Assembly: GCA_028534125.1 (NCBI GenBank)
Contig: CM052817.1
Location: 7,876,001-7,940,000, forward strand
Length of the DNA: 64,000 bases
Reading direction: 5' to 3'
From: Lama glama
Taxonomy: Eukaryota
The position numbers and the translations under genes are program-made. Below are positions 25,716 to 38,383 of this stretch, in pieces. The notes below the pieces were generated by a model. The model was not told the DNA's origin. It made no database searches and saw only the letters and a list, made by a program, of their open reading frames with translations. Positions within the stretch are counted from its first letter, which is position 1. Each line of letters starts with the position of its first letter.

Positions 25716-27679
25716 AAAAGAAAAAGATCAACAATAGGTTGTCATCAGCAGGGTGGGAGATGGGGAGACAAGAACAGACACAGAAGTGAAGGTAGGTTGC
25801 AGGGTAGAGCGTATGGGTGCTTGCAGGGAACTAACAGAAATATGACTCAGTAGGGACGCTGTGGCTCTGAAAGCCACAATTCACTCTCCAAACTTCCAGA
25901 GAGCTGGCTTCTAAGAATCAAAGTTCAAGCTGGTAAAGCATTTGGGGGTGTCTGCCTCCCCTCCCCATCCCTCAAAATGTGCACCGCTGATAAAGGGCAT
26001 GTATCTCACCCGTATTTTCCTAATGCATCCAACAAATATTTGCTGAAATGTTGCTCCCTCCAGGGATAGATCCCCAATCTCTAGTGCCAAGTTTTACAAT
26101 CTTCTTACAGAGGAAAGAGACCTTCCACACAAACGGAAAGCCCTGAAAAGAACCACTTGTTCCTTCCTAAGCGTGAGCGAGAGAGGCTATCACTTTAAAA
26201 ATGTGTGGTTTCTGTCCTGGTCGCTGTGGTGGACAAGCCCATCTTTAAATGTATCCAAAAATGTCAGCTGTCACATTTAAGGGCAGACATCCAGCCCCGG
26301 CCGCCCCACAAAGGTGGGCATGTTATCAAAAGGCCATCACAGAGCACTTAATGGACCTCCACTCCTAAGTAAACACGGCGGGGGGACGCGGGGTGCCGCC
26401 CCACATCTTGCTTCTTTGTGTGTTCCTGTCAGACTAGTCAATTTCATTGGCCTACAACGTTACATTTACTTCTTGGAATATGAGATTGCCCAGATCTGCC
26501 TTCATGGGTGCTGGTGGCTTAAATGGGAATGGTTTAATGAATCTCGAGTCAAAGCCTGTGTATAAAGTCCACATCGCAAGGGGATAGCCGGGCCTCTGCT
26601 CAGCACAGGAAGATTTATCTTCGCTGGGTTAGACTGTGACCCCCTGCCCCCTCACCCTCCTTTCACACCAATAACAACTCTATCTCGCTCCCTAAAGGGC
26701 CCACGGGATCTTACTGGAGGCCCTTTAAAATCTGGAGCCAAATTATTCTTCAAGTGTCTAAATGATGTTTTAATTGCACTGGTCACAGTGAGGTGCCACT
26801 TTAACTCTTTCAGTGGAAAGTGAATGATTTTACAAAGATGTGCTGAATTAGGAAGAATTCATGGTCTTTGTCTTTGACACCGAAGTCCAAACGCCTGGCT
26901 GGCCTGAGCGCCCTGTATCCATGCTCCGTAGTCCATCAGCCAGGTGAGCTTGGAGGGGTACAAAGAGTGAGTCTGCATTTAGGACAGCCCTCCCACCCAG
27001 GCCGCCTCCAGCCACCCCTGGTGTCCACCACCCCCTCCTTACAGACCCTTTCTCTGGCGCAAGCCTTGGTGCTCCTCTCCTTGCCTGTTACATAAAAGTA
27101 CATCCGATTGAGGTCACCTGTCACTACACTTTAATGTGAATAAATCTGCCCTAGTTTTAGGTATCAGAAGGTGTGAATCAGAGTCTGCTAACATCCTTCC
27201 AATCCGGTGAGCCTGAGTCCACAAGAACCTCTCAGTGTCCCTCGCTTCTCTTCCTTCTGTCTGTGGCCGAATCCCCACTCCATCCCCCCCGACCTGTGGT
27301 ACCAACTTCTTAATGGGTTTTTCCACAAACATAACAGACACAGCCTACACTTCCCAGTCCCTCTCCTCATGTCCAGCACCATGCCGTCCAGTAGGACAGA
27401 TCTCCTCTCCATGTCCAGCTGTCTCAGTTCATCCACCCCAAAGATTCCTCACGTCCTGGGGGTCGCCCTACTGAGCGGAGATTCTCTTCAGAGTCTCTCT
27501 CCTGAAGGAAGTGGAAGAGGACCCAGTTCTGGTGGGCATTCTGAACGTCGAGACCTAATTTTTGGCCTTGGAAGGAAGGGGTTTTCACTTCCCGCTGTGA
27601 GCTTGGCCTGGGGTTTTCTTTCCCCGGCCTCCTCTCTCGACGAAGGAAGGCAGACTCTAACGTGAGAGGTGATGCTGCC

Positions 27680-28050
27680 CAAGATGCCCACTTTCATTTT
27701 TTTTTTCTTAAAACACAAACTGTAAGCCTAATGTCTCTTTGTCCTCATTTCTAAGAGAGCAATACTTCTCTACTTTCAGCAAAAATGAGAATATAAGCAT
27801 ATAATAAAAGGCATCTGACTCTCAGCTTCCATCAGGGAGATGAAAGGGAACGGTGGGGATAGGGTTTCCTGGAGAACACTTTTTCCTCTTAAGTGTAGGG
27901 GACACCATTCAGTCCCAGATAATTCATACCAAATAGGACAAGAAAAATTAAAGAAGCCCTCAAACCTATTTTTAGGAGAAATCTCCTCATTTATAGGTGT
28001 CAATTTAAATCTAAAAAAAAAAATCCAAAACAAATAAAAACAACATAGAT
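27680..28050. mobile_element. ancient hAT-Charlie DNA transposon (MER102-like)
   Basis: minus strand gtgttctccaggaaaccctatccccaccgttccctttcatctccctgatggaagctgagagtcagatgccttttattat resembles recalled MER102 consensus. Confidence 0.45.
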
Positions 28051-28833
28051 CAGTGTGCAACAGTTGACGTAAGACAAATATTAAGGTATGAACTTAAATT
28101 ATTTCCGAAAATGTATTTTATGATGCTACAGATTTCTGAAGTGTTTTGGGCCCCATGGTCCTGTAAGTTCAGAAAACAGTGATACGTATCATGTGAATCA
28201 AGCTCTCATCTCAGCCTTTACTCTGCACTTGTGTGCACTTGGGATTTCTGAGAGGCAGAAGGCAGGTTTTCCTAAGTATCGATGACCAGGAGAACCCCTC
28301 TCCCAGGAATACCTCAAGGGACTGCTGAGCCACAGAACAAGCTGGTGGGGTCCAGGGAAAAGGGTTCTCAGAAGATGCCCAGGCTGCTCAAATTGCTGGC
28401 CTCAGGCCAGGGGCACAAAAGAAGCCTTTGTGATCCACATAGGCCCAGTCCAGCACCCCAGGAGGCTACACTGAGGTGTGGGGAGAAAGCACTTTCTAGT
28501 AACAAAGTGTTTGTTTTCTAGGCCTTGCACATCTGTCTCCTTTGGAGGCCTCCCTGTGTGACTCTAAGGGGTCTTTCCTTCTTGTCACAACAAACATTGG
28601 GCGGAGGGGAAAACAGAGATGCAGAGACACCCACATCTTCTTGCAACACCTGGAGTCTTGGAGGAAGCTAGAGGTGCAGACAGAAAAACACAGAAAGTAG
28701 AGACAACTGCTCTAACCAAGGTTTGTGCAGAGTGGAGGGAGTGGAGGAGGAGCACCCAGACTTGAGAATCAAGAGAGATTCAAGAGCTTGCCAGATAGAT
28801 GGTCAAAGGCAACCGTGTTTCAGACAGAGAAAA

Positions 28834-29012
28834 ACCAGGGGCAGTTTTGCTCCCCCAAGGGATATATATTCGACAATGCCTAGATAGATTTTTGATTGTC
28901 ACAACGGAGGGGGTGGACTTGCTACCAGCATCCAGTGGGTAGAGGCAGAGCAGCCCCAACAACAAAGATTCATCTGTCCCAAGTGTCAACACCCCGAGGC
29001 TGAGAAGCCCTG
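28834..29012 (+). mobile_element. MER20 hAT-Charlie DNA transposon
   Basis: gggggcagttttgctcccccaagggat...gatttttgattgtcacaac...catccagtgggtagaggc...gaggctgagaagccctg. Confidence 0.85.
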
Positions 29013-29255
29013 CCACAGGCCAACACAGAGGTGTGAAGACAGGTTAACCTGGGCATCTTCGAGCACCTGGCGCTGCTGAGTGGAGGTAGCACAGAACCGT
29101 CTCCCTCCACTCCCAGGTCATAAACTCCTCAAAGGCATTGGCTTATCTTATTGGTCTTGGTATTTCCAGGACCTAGACTCTGATAAGCACAAACTGAATG
29201 AATGAAATAGGTCTCCCAAGGAGCAATGTGGTAAGAATGCTGGGGGAACACACGT

Positions 29256-29715
29256 GTATTAAGTTCCTCCAGCACTCATAACAAATCACCACAAGTTGGC
29301 GGCTGAAAACAACAGAGATGCGTTTTCTCACAGTCCTGGAGGTCAGAAGTCTGAAATCAAGATGCTGGAAGAATTTGTTCCTCCTGGAGGTTTTGAGGGA
29401 GAATCCTTCCTTCTCTCATCCATCTTCTCCAGGTGTTCCTTGGCTTACGGAAGCATAATTCCAATCTCTGCCTCCATCTTCCCTTGGGTCTTCACTTGGC
29501 ATTCTCCTCTGTGTCTGTGTCTCCTTCTTTTCTGTCTCTTATAAGATGTGTGTCACTGCATTTAAAGTCCACTTGGTTAATACAGGCTGAGTTCATATTA
29601 AGATCCTTAAATTAACTACATCTGCAAAGACCCTTTTTCCAAGTCAGATCATATTCACAGGTCCTGGGAGTTAGGGCTTGAACTTAGTTTTCTGAGGGGG
29701 CCACCAATCAAGGGG
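29256..29715 (-). mobile_element. MaLR solo LTR (MLT1B/C-like)
   Basis: tgtattaagttcct...aacaaatcaccacaag...tctcacagtcctggaggtcagaagtctgaaatcaag...acatctgcaaagaccctttttccaa. Confidence 0.85.
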
Positions 29716-31344
29716 CTACGATAGGGGCCATGTCCTGGAAGGAAGAATGGGAAACAGACAAAGGAAGAGAAGAATGTATCCTCTACCTGGATCATCATTT
29801 CTCCAGGAGTTGGCCACTCAGAGTCTCACTGAGTAAGACGGCAAGATAAGATGGCAGGGGCATTTTATTTTGAAGTAGAAAATACTTATGTACAGAGCAC
29901 ATGGGTACAAACTATTTTCAACGATAAAAGAGCCTGTCAAGGAAGAAGTTCGGGGGAGTCAATAAAGATTCCACCAAATTCACATGACATCCCTAGATTT
30001 CAAGTCTCTGAAATCTGCTCTGGGCAAAGATTCAACCCGTGCTATTGGTGGGAAGCCTCACTTTCCTGGGAGCAAAGAGGAAAACCTGAGAAGCTCTCTG
30101 CAAGGCTCTAGATGCCACAAAGTAGCTCAGTCTGAGCCCAGTCCCCAAAATAAGGAACACTGGGTCTCTGTTTTTAAAATTGGTCCTGTCACCCTAAATT
30201 ATCCCCACTTCTTGTCTTGACACAACCTCGAAAAGCTGCTCTCAGGCGTGGGTCCATCAAAGCTGCATCGGGGCGAGAGGGGCATATTTTAAAATGACAG
30301 ATCTAAGAAGCGAGCCCTCAGCACTCTAAATGAATATATTATTTTAAAGATGGAAACGACTTCTGGAATACCCTGTAATCCAACATTTCTCAATAAACCT
30401 CATGTAATAAATTCTTCACAGGTCTGAAGACCCGGTCTTGGGGTGAGCAAGTGCATTCTGGAGCCATATTGGGGGAGAACTGAAGTAAGTAGGGCAGAGG
30501 GCAGAGGGTCATGAGCGCCTTTGAAAGTGACTCCAAGATCGCATCACCAAAGCAAGCATGATTTTAGAAGAGGGATGAATGGCCGATTTAACTGAGCTCC
30601 CCTCAGACCTCTAGTTGGTCAAGATGGATTCTCCCATTTTACACAAATACGCTGGTTCCTTGCTCCTCTGAGAGACTGGAGGCTGGTTAGGAAGGTTTTT
30701 CCACTGAATGGTTTTCAATGTAATAATACTTAATACTCCTTTTTGAAACAGTTTCCTCTTTTTCTGAATATTTTCATGGGACTGTAACCCATTTGTACAT
30801 AAAACTGGTTGAAAGTGACATGTTGAAAAGTCCAGCAAACACTGCAGCACACTCTATTTTCAAGGAATATAAAATTGGGCTCTGTCTGACACCTTGAGTG
30901 CGCTTGTGAAAACAGAATGTCACATCTCAAAGGGTTATTCTTGATAGTTTAAAAAAATAAAATAAAATAAACAGACCTCTCTAGGCAAACAGCCCCCTTT
31001 GTACTCCAGTTTCCTTGGAAACGCTGGCAATTGTATTTTTCATGGCATGGTCTTTTTCACTTGGTTTTTAAAAGTCTGGTTTAGGCAGCTGACTTAGTGA
31101 CCCTCAGAATTCAGGAAATAATCTTTATTAAGGCAGTATATGATATTTTAATAGATCCTAAAGATAGTACCCTTACTGTAGACCTAGTAGAAGAAAAGAA
31201 GATGTATAAATTGTTGTACAAGCTGGAAGAAATGAACCTCATTTTGTCCTGAGCAATGCTGCTATGATAATCCATTGTATCTCATGTCCCTATTTGAAAA
31301 TTCCTGGCTTTAAGGGACGAAATATAGTATTTGGAATCTTCCTT

Positions 31345-31735
31345 ACAGAAGAATTTCCAATATTATGGTGTCAACAATCCCCTCTCCAGGAGGTGGAGTT
31401 TAACTGCCCCCCACCATCCCCCTGGGGTTGCTGGACTCAGTGACTCACTTCTGAAGAACAGAGTATGGAAAGGGATAAATAATGACTTTACAATGAGACC
31501 TGGTGGACAACGTTTTAACCAAGTGTGAAGGTTAATATCCTCAATGGTATGTCACATGGATCCCATGACCTCCCTGACATGACATGATTAGAAGGGCATT
31601 TCACCTCAGTTTTGACAAATGTACCATGCTTACCCGTTAGAGAGAGAGGGAAAAATGGGTGAGAAACATGGGAACTTTCTGTACTACTTTTACAACTTTA
31701 TTATAAATGTAAAATTATTTTAAAATTAAAAGGCA
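31345..31735 (+). mobile_element. old L1 3' UTR (L1MD/L1MC-like)
   Basis: ggaggtggagtttaact...agtgactcacttctgaagaacagagtatggaaaggg...ggaactttctgtactacttttacaact...taaaattattttaaaattaaaag. Confidence 0.75.
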
Positions 31736-32197
31736 TATCTTAAAATAACTTAGAACGGTTAAAAATAAAAAATAAGAGAAAGTGCCATTCTTTTGTGTTA
31801 TGAGGTAGACTCAGTTCAAGAGGACAATACTGAGACAGGATTAGAAAAGCAAAAAATAAAGACAGAAACAATACAACTGGATACAAAGGTCTAAATCCTA
31901 AAGAAAGAAAAATCTGAATTGAAGAAAAACCCCATTAGGCAGATTGTTCCCCATTGCCAGGGCCTGGGTTCTTAAACTGTGATTAATTTGTAAAAATTCA
32001 GATTCCTGGGTCCCACCTTCCTGATTATCAATAGATAAGAGACAGGATCAAGTCATGCACATTTCATAGAGACATCATTGCCTCACTGTGATAAAGCACA
32101 CAGACTCTGAAAGAAATGGAGTCTCTTTCCATTCCCTTTGAATCTTGCTGGTAATGAGCATTAACCAATAAAATGCAGCTGAAGTGATTCTACATAA

Positions 32198-32415
32198 CTG
32201 TGATCAATTTTATGTATCAATTTAATTGGGCTACCTGGTGCCCAGATACTTAGTTAAACATTTTTCTGAATGTGTGTGTCCAGGAGGATATTTCCGGATG
32301 AGATTAACATTTGACTTGGTAGACTGAGTAAAGCAGATTGTCCTCCTTAATGTGGGTGGGCCTCATCCAATCAGTTGAAGACCTGAACAAAGCAAAAATG
32401 CTGACCCTTCCATGA
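32198..32415 (+). mobile_element. MLT2 (ERVL) LTR, partial
   Basis: aattttatgtatcaa...ggatgagattaacatttgacttggtagactgagtaaagcagattgtcctccttaatgtgggtgggcctcatccaatcagttgaag. Confidence 0.85.
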
Positions 32416-32543
32416 GTTTTTTCCTTCCCACCTGTATGTTCATCATCCTTTGAATCTAACGGGGAGGGGGTATTTTTACAGTATTTCCTTGTTTACTTAT
32501 CCTCTTTTAGTGTAGAGGGGGGCATATTAGAGAGCAGCAGTAA

Positions 32544-32722
32544 TTCTTTTTTTTTTATTGAGATACAATTGACATATGACATTGCATAGGTTTAAGGTGT
32601 ATGTGCTGACATTTGACACATTTATATACTGCACCATGATTACCATCATAGCATCCGCTAACACCTCTATGTGTCACATAATTATCATTTCTTTTTGTGG
32701 TAAAAACAATTAAGATTTATTT
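32544..32722 (-). mobile_element. L1 3' end (L1MA9-like)
   Basis: T-tract then ttattgagatacaattgacatatgacattgcataggtttaaggtgta...cataattatcatttctttttgtggtaaaaacaattaagatt. Confidence 0.8.
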
Positions 32723-33353
32723 ATTAAGGATATCAAAACTTTGTAATAATTTTTGAAAATCTTCTCCCACTCTATTATTTGCATTTAAATTTATGTACTG
32801 TTTTCCATGTATAAATTTTAATTATATTGTAAAATTAGTTTTCTTCTATGTTTGCAATTCCTTTCACTGTTTTATGGTCAGAAAAGTATTACACATCTGG
32901 AGATTAGAGAATTACCTATATTTCCTTCTAGTTTTTTTTGAGGTTTCAGAAGTTGATGAATACATAGTTTATCTGGAATTTACTATGATGTATAACCTCT
33001 TTACTATGATGTATAAGCCCCTTTTTCAACCCAGAGAATCTATCTCCCTGGCTTTAAAGGCCTACTTCTTTGAATTTAGTATACTGAAAAAATACTTTAA
33101 TTGAATTTTAAAATACTGTTGAAAGATTAAAAATTATATAATTCATACCAACAGCAAGCCTACTCTACAAAGAACAGTTAAAAACTAGAAAAGCCTCATA
33201 AAAGTGAGTAGGTACCCACTGAATAAAATATTTGAAAGCCAAAAAAGAAATATGCAAAAGGAAACTCAGATCTATCACCTGCTAACTGTGGGATCTTGGA
33301 CAAGTTTCTTAACTTTCCACCCCTGCAAAATGATAATAATAATACCTCTCTTG

Positions 33354-33542
33354 TATAGAGAACAAACTAGTGGTTACCAGTGGGTGGGGAAGGGCATCTT
33401 GGGGGTGGGAGGGGCTGGGAGGTACAGATTTTTGTGTGTAAGACAGGCTCAAGGATGTACTGTACAACACAGGGAATACAGCCAATATTCTGTAGTAAGT
33501 ATAAATGGAAAGTAATCTTTAAAAATTTTATAAAATTAAAAA
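33354..33542 (+). mobile_element. 5'-truncated L1 3' UTR inserted in a MIR
   Basis: atagagaacaaactagtggttaccagtggg...tgtacaacacagggaatacagccaatatt; 19-bp TSD aataataatacctMtcttg at 33335-33353 and 33543-33561. Confidence 0.85.
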
Positions 33543-34486
33543 AATAATAATACCTATCTTGAAAGGTTCTTGAGAGCAGTAGATACAAAGCATGTTCAGA
33601 ACTCACTGCAGGGCCTCAAATACCAGCCACTGTGAACTTAAAGTATAAATTCTTTCCTCCTCCATCCTACTTTTGAGAGGTGCACGTACTTGCACTTTTA
33701 CACATACTATGCCAGACTCTCTGTGTTTGTTTCCTGTCTGTCTCTCTTCTGATTGACAATCTTTAATGGCTAGCCTATGGCTTTATTTCTGTACCCCTAG
33801 TTCCCATTTTGGCACCTGAAGTACAGCAAACTCTCAAATAGTTTCTGTTGAATGAATAAATGGCTTTAAATATCAAAGAAACATATCAGTAAGTGCAAGA
33901 GAATATCATCTGGGCTAAATACAGAAAAAAAAATTATCAAGTAACAGATTGTAGAGGAAACAACTTGCTAAGCTTTGAAGTAATCAACAAACACCCAAAG
34001 GTAACACCTATAGATGCATAAGGTGAAGCTGGAAAATTTGAGTGGTCCATAAACATGTATTAACATGAAGATGTTCTCACACTGCCCCTTGTGGGCCAAT
34101 TGTGTTCTGAATTTGCACCTTCCTCTCCACCCAGCCCGGAGGAGGAATGGGTTCAGCCTGGCTTGCCCGGAGGCTGTGGGGTGCAGGGAAGAATGAGACT
34201 AGAAGGTGAGGAGGGATTACGGAGAGGTTAAGACAACCTTCAGAGTGAAATCTGGCTTTGGGAGGACACCTTCTAGCACACTCAAGAGTGAAGGGTACAA
34301 TGGGTCCCTTCGTATTCATCACCTAAATACAACTATCTACATGAAGGATCTTAGTTAATGTAATTCCCATCACAAGTTCTTATGTCAAGTAAATCCCTGT
34401 CCATTTTCAAAGTTTCTATTATTTCTAAAATGGACAGGAGGATTCTTTGATGGAGGAAGGGTGTTTTGGGAGAATGAGCCATTTTA

Positions 34487-34586
34487 TTTTATTTCATTTT
34501 TTTAATGGAGGTACTGGGGATTGAACCCAGGACCTCGTGCCTGCTAAGCATGTGCTCCACCACTCGAGCTATATACCCTCCCCCTC
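34487..34586 (-). mobile_element. tRNA-derived SINE (camelid Vic-1-like), short-tailed
   Basis: aatggaggtactggggattgaacccaggacctcgtgcctgctaagcatgtgctccaccactcgagctatataccctcccc; perfect 15-bp TSD gaatgagccatttta at 34472-34486 and 34587-34601. Confidence 0.92.
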
Positions 34587-34926
34587 GAATGAGCCATTTT
34601 AAAGAGTGTGGAATATGAGAAAACTAGAAAACTGTAAAAAGGGAATATGAAGCATGTTGCTGATCCTTATGTAGAGGATCCCCTTTAATTCCTTCTAGAG
34701 ACATACGTGAAGACTGGGATTCTTCTTAATCAGTTTCGGGCTAGTACTCAAGAATAACCTAGTCAGTCATGGGGGCTACAGGACTGCAGGTCAACACCAA
34801 GGGAGTTAAGAGACAAGCTGTCACGTGCCCAAAATATTCTTTTATCAAATATGACAAAGGGTTAATTAGTCATTAGAGAGAACAAAATAAAAGCTGCTTA
34901 AATTCTTAAGAAAAAACATCAAGACC

Positions 34927-35383
34927 TGTAGTGTGCTGAATAGTGGCTCCTACCCAAAAAAGTTACCCCCATCTTAATCCCCTTAATTTGGAATTTTATC
35001 TTATTTTACCTCATTTGGAAAAAAGGTCTTTGCAGATGTAATCAAGTTAAGGCTCTTGAGATGAGACGGTTGTCCTGGATTATCCAGGTGGGCCTTTACC
35101 TAATGACAAGGATTCTTATAAGATAGACATACAGAAGAGAAGCCTCACACCCAGATGGCAATGTGAAGACAGCAGAGAGAGGCAGCCACCAGCCAAGGAG
35201 AAGCAACAGTGCCAGAAGCAGGAAGCGCCAGGGAACGGGTTATTATTCCCTAGAGCCTCCAGAGGGAATATGGCCCTGTGGAGACCTTGATTTCAGGCTT
35301 CTGAAAGAATAAATACATTTCTATTGTTTTGAAACACCAAGTTTGTGATAATTTGTTACAGTCACCATTAGAAAATTAATACA
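34927..35383 (+). mobile_element. MaLR solo LTR (MLT1C-like)
   Basis: tgtagtgtgctgaatagtggc...ggtctttgcagatgtaatcaagttaagg...agtttgtgataatttgttacag...aattaataca; TG...CA termini. Confidence 0.88.
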
Positions 35384-36025
35384 AACCCAAAGAGAAACAT
35401 GGGCAAGATAGAGGAAGAAGGAAAAGACAGAGCACAGAGCCTTGCACTGAAGAACTGAAGACGTCCCACGGTGGCTGGAAAGTGGAGTTCCAGGTAGGAA
35501 TCAGGGAGAAAGGGAAGAGTCTAGACGGGGAGGAAGAACGATGGCTTGGGACGTCTTCAAGGCCACAGAGCAGAGCCTGAACTTGACCTGAGAACAACTA
35601 CAAGCCACTGAACAGGCCATTTCACAAGAGACCCAGGAAGGGGTATGAACAGATGCCTCAAGAAGAAAGAGAAATAAAACATGAAAACCAAGAGTGTCCA
35701 TCCTCAGTCTGATCACACAGTCACTGATTCACTGGACCAAGGACACTAAGTGAAGAGCTTGCAGACTAATGAGGAAGACAGAGGTTAATGAAACAGGCAC
35801 ATAAGTGAATGCACAATTACAGGCTGAAATAAGTGCCCCGAAAAAGCAGCATTCGGTTCTGTGCATTTCATACCTGTCCTAACGCAGGGTGCAGGAAGGG
35901 CTTCCCCAGGAGTTATGCTTGATTTGAGAAGTGAAGGAGTGCTGGTGTCATCAGGCATCTTAGACAGCTTGTCACGGTGTGGGGACCATCTCATTTCTTT
36001 CTTTTCAAACAAAAATTAAGGAGGG

Positions 36026-36810
36026 TGTGGTATTATGATTTGTAGTCAGAAATAGATACTTGATCTTCATCCTCATTTCTGACAGAGAAATTCCTAAACC
36101 CTTGGAATTTCCTAAAGGATGAGAGCAATATAGGGGTCTTTTGTTATGTTAATGAGGTGACTTTGGAAACCCTGTGATTAGAAGGTTGAAACTTTTATTC
36201 TCACTCCCTTGACCTCTGGTGGGTGGTGGGAGAGTGTCTGGAAGTTGAATGAATCCCCAGTGGCCAATGATGTTATTAATCATGCCTTTGAAATGAAGTC
36301 TTCAGCAAAACCCAAAGTGATGGAATTCGAAGAGTCTCCAGGCTGGAAAATCGGAAGGCATCCACATGCCACCATTCTGGGCACCAAACTCCATAAGGAG
36401 TGTCTCCTTTGTTTGGGAACTTGCCTTTTATATTTCATCTAGCTGTTGATTTGTATCCTTTGTAATAAATCAGTACTCTAGTGGGTAAACAGGCTTCCTG
36501 AGTTCTGTGAAACACTCCAGCAGATCAATCTAACCCAAGAAAGGGGCCATGGCAACCTCTGATTTGAAACTACTTATTCAGAAGCACAGGTGACAACCTG
36601 GACTTACAATTGACATCTGAACTGGAAGACAGTCTTGTGGGACTGAGCCCTTAACATGTGGGATCTGACACTCTCTCTCCAGGTTGTTAGTGCCAAAACT
36701 GAATTTAATTGTAGGACACCCAGCTGGTGTCAGAGAATTGTTTGGTGGTGTGGAAAACACACACACGCACGCACGCACATACACACACTCTGGAATTGGG
36801 CGCAGAATCT
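36026..36810 (+). mobile_element. MER21-like ERV LTR
   Basis: tgtggtattatgat...ctaaacccttggaatttcct...ccctgtgattagaaggttgaaactt...ggccaatgat...gtcttgtgggactgagcccttaacatgtgggatctgac; includes a CA-rich tract at 36757-36788. Confidence 0.8.
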
Positions 36811-37968
36811 TTAGAAGAAATTATGGAAGGACCACTGTATATCTAAAGATAAACACTTTTAAAACTAGGTTTCTATTTTTAAAACTACACTGCTGTGTAC
36901 TTCTAGTTAGCAAGCCTCATCGGGATATCATTGTTACTAAACAGGACCATATTTTCCTATAAATTGGGAAATTCAAGGTTTAAATTCACAGAGAAACTTT
37001 ATTTTCCAACTCTCAACTAGTCAGCGCCAGGCCTGCCACAGTAACAATACTGAAAGTCTGGTCTTCATTCAGTGAATTTGACCCTGAAGACAAGTGAAAT
37101 GAGGAAAATCTTCTGTATTGAAATAATCTGGCCCCAACATTCTCATGATTGGAGGTACCAGGTAATTTTTCCATGTAGATTTGGCCTGAAGATACAAAGG
37201 AAAAGTTCAAACAGGGACACAGCGCCTCTTTGGCTTAACCCCGCAGGGATGTTTGCCTTGACCATACATTTTTTTATTGTCCAGTTAAGTTTTGAGTAAT
37301 TCAGCTGATGGGATTTTCAGCCCTGCCCATGGGCTGTGACTCATTCCACCATCAAATTAACAGCTCTTTTGGAAAATGTTTTTTCATGACTTGGCCAAAA
37401 ATTTCCATGGCTTAATTTCATCCCTTTCTTCCCAGAGAAACTCTTTGAACAAGCCCAATGAGTGCACACTTCAGAAGAGCCTTTATTTCTAGCCACAGCA
37501 AATGCCTGACCAACCTGTCAATTTCAACTTTCCTCAGCGCCACTCCGGAACGCCTTCACCAGCCCTTCACAGCTGCTTATCAACTCTTTCTCCCCTGCTA
37601 AAGCAGATTTACAGTATCTTGAAACATCAATTCATGGGATTCATTTGGCAAAAGGAAAAGATGCAGCAGAAGGGCACATCAGGATGCCTGGATTCATTCT
37701 CCGTGCCTCTAAGAAAAGTGAGATTTTAGCCAAATTGCTTTTTCTTTTGACATCTTCATCTGTAAAATGAAGAGACTGAACTAAATGACTTCAGGATAAC
37801 TTCTACCTGCAAAACTAAAGAGCTCAATTCATTCAGGTCAATATGAAACTATAGAAAAGTTTGTCTACGGAAGTCAAGCAACAGGCATCGCATGACACAG
37901 AGCTGACGGAGAACACTGGGAGCAGAGCTACAGAGTCCTGGCCCCTAGGTAAGAGGATGCATGCACAA

Positions 37969-38383
37969 TGTGTTAGTCAACAATCTCCTCAGTAACACTG
38001 CATAACAAACCAGCCCAAAGGTAAGTGCTACCATCAGTAAGCCTGCATTCTCATGCTCACGGATCCACTGGTCAGCTGGGGCAACTCTACTTCATATCGT
38101 GGGCTGGGTGAGCAGGGCTTGGCTGCAGGCCACAGGTGAGACTCAGGCCTACTCCACACATCTCTCATCTTCACTGGGCCCACTCTTCTTAGGAGTACTG
38201 GAGCCAAGAGCCAAGTCAAACTACATAAGCACATTTAAGGTCTCTGCTTATGTTCTACCCTCTAGCATTCCATTGGCCAAAACATGCCACATGACCAAGC
38301 TCAAAGTCAAAGAGTCTTAAGTATACTCTGCCCATATGGGGGAAGAAGAGTGAACATTGCTGAACAGTCATCAAACAATCACA
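37969..38383 (-). mobile_element. MaLR LTR (MLT1H/I-like)
   Basis: gtaacactgcataacaaaccagcccaaa...ctagcattccattggccaaaacatgccacatgaccaagctcaaagtcaa. Confidence 0.75.

Noticed and set aside
27188..27718. Protein-looking ORFs on both strands (152 aa +; 76 and 82 aa -)
   Set aside because: Minus frame has internal stops, there are no convincing splice sites and no recognisable family; better explained as regulatory or unique DNA
32979..33016. 17-bp direct repeat tttactatgatgtataa
   Set aside because: Ordinary local slippage duplication
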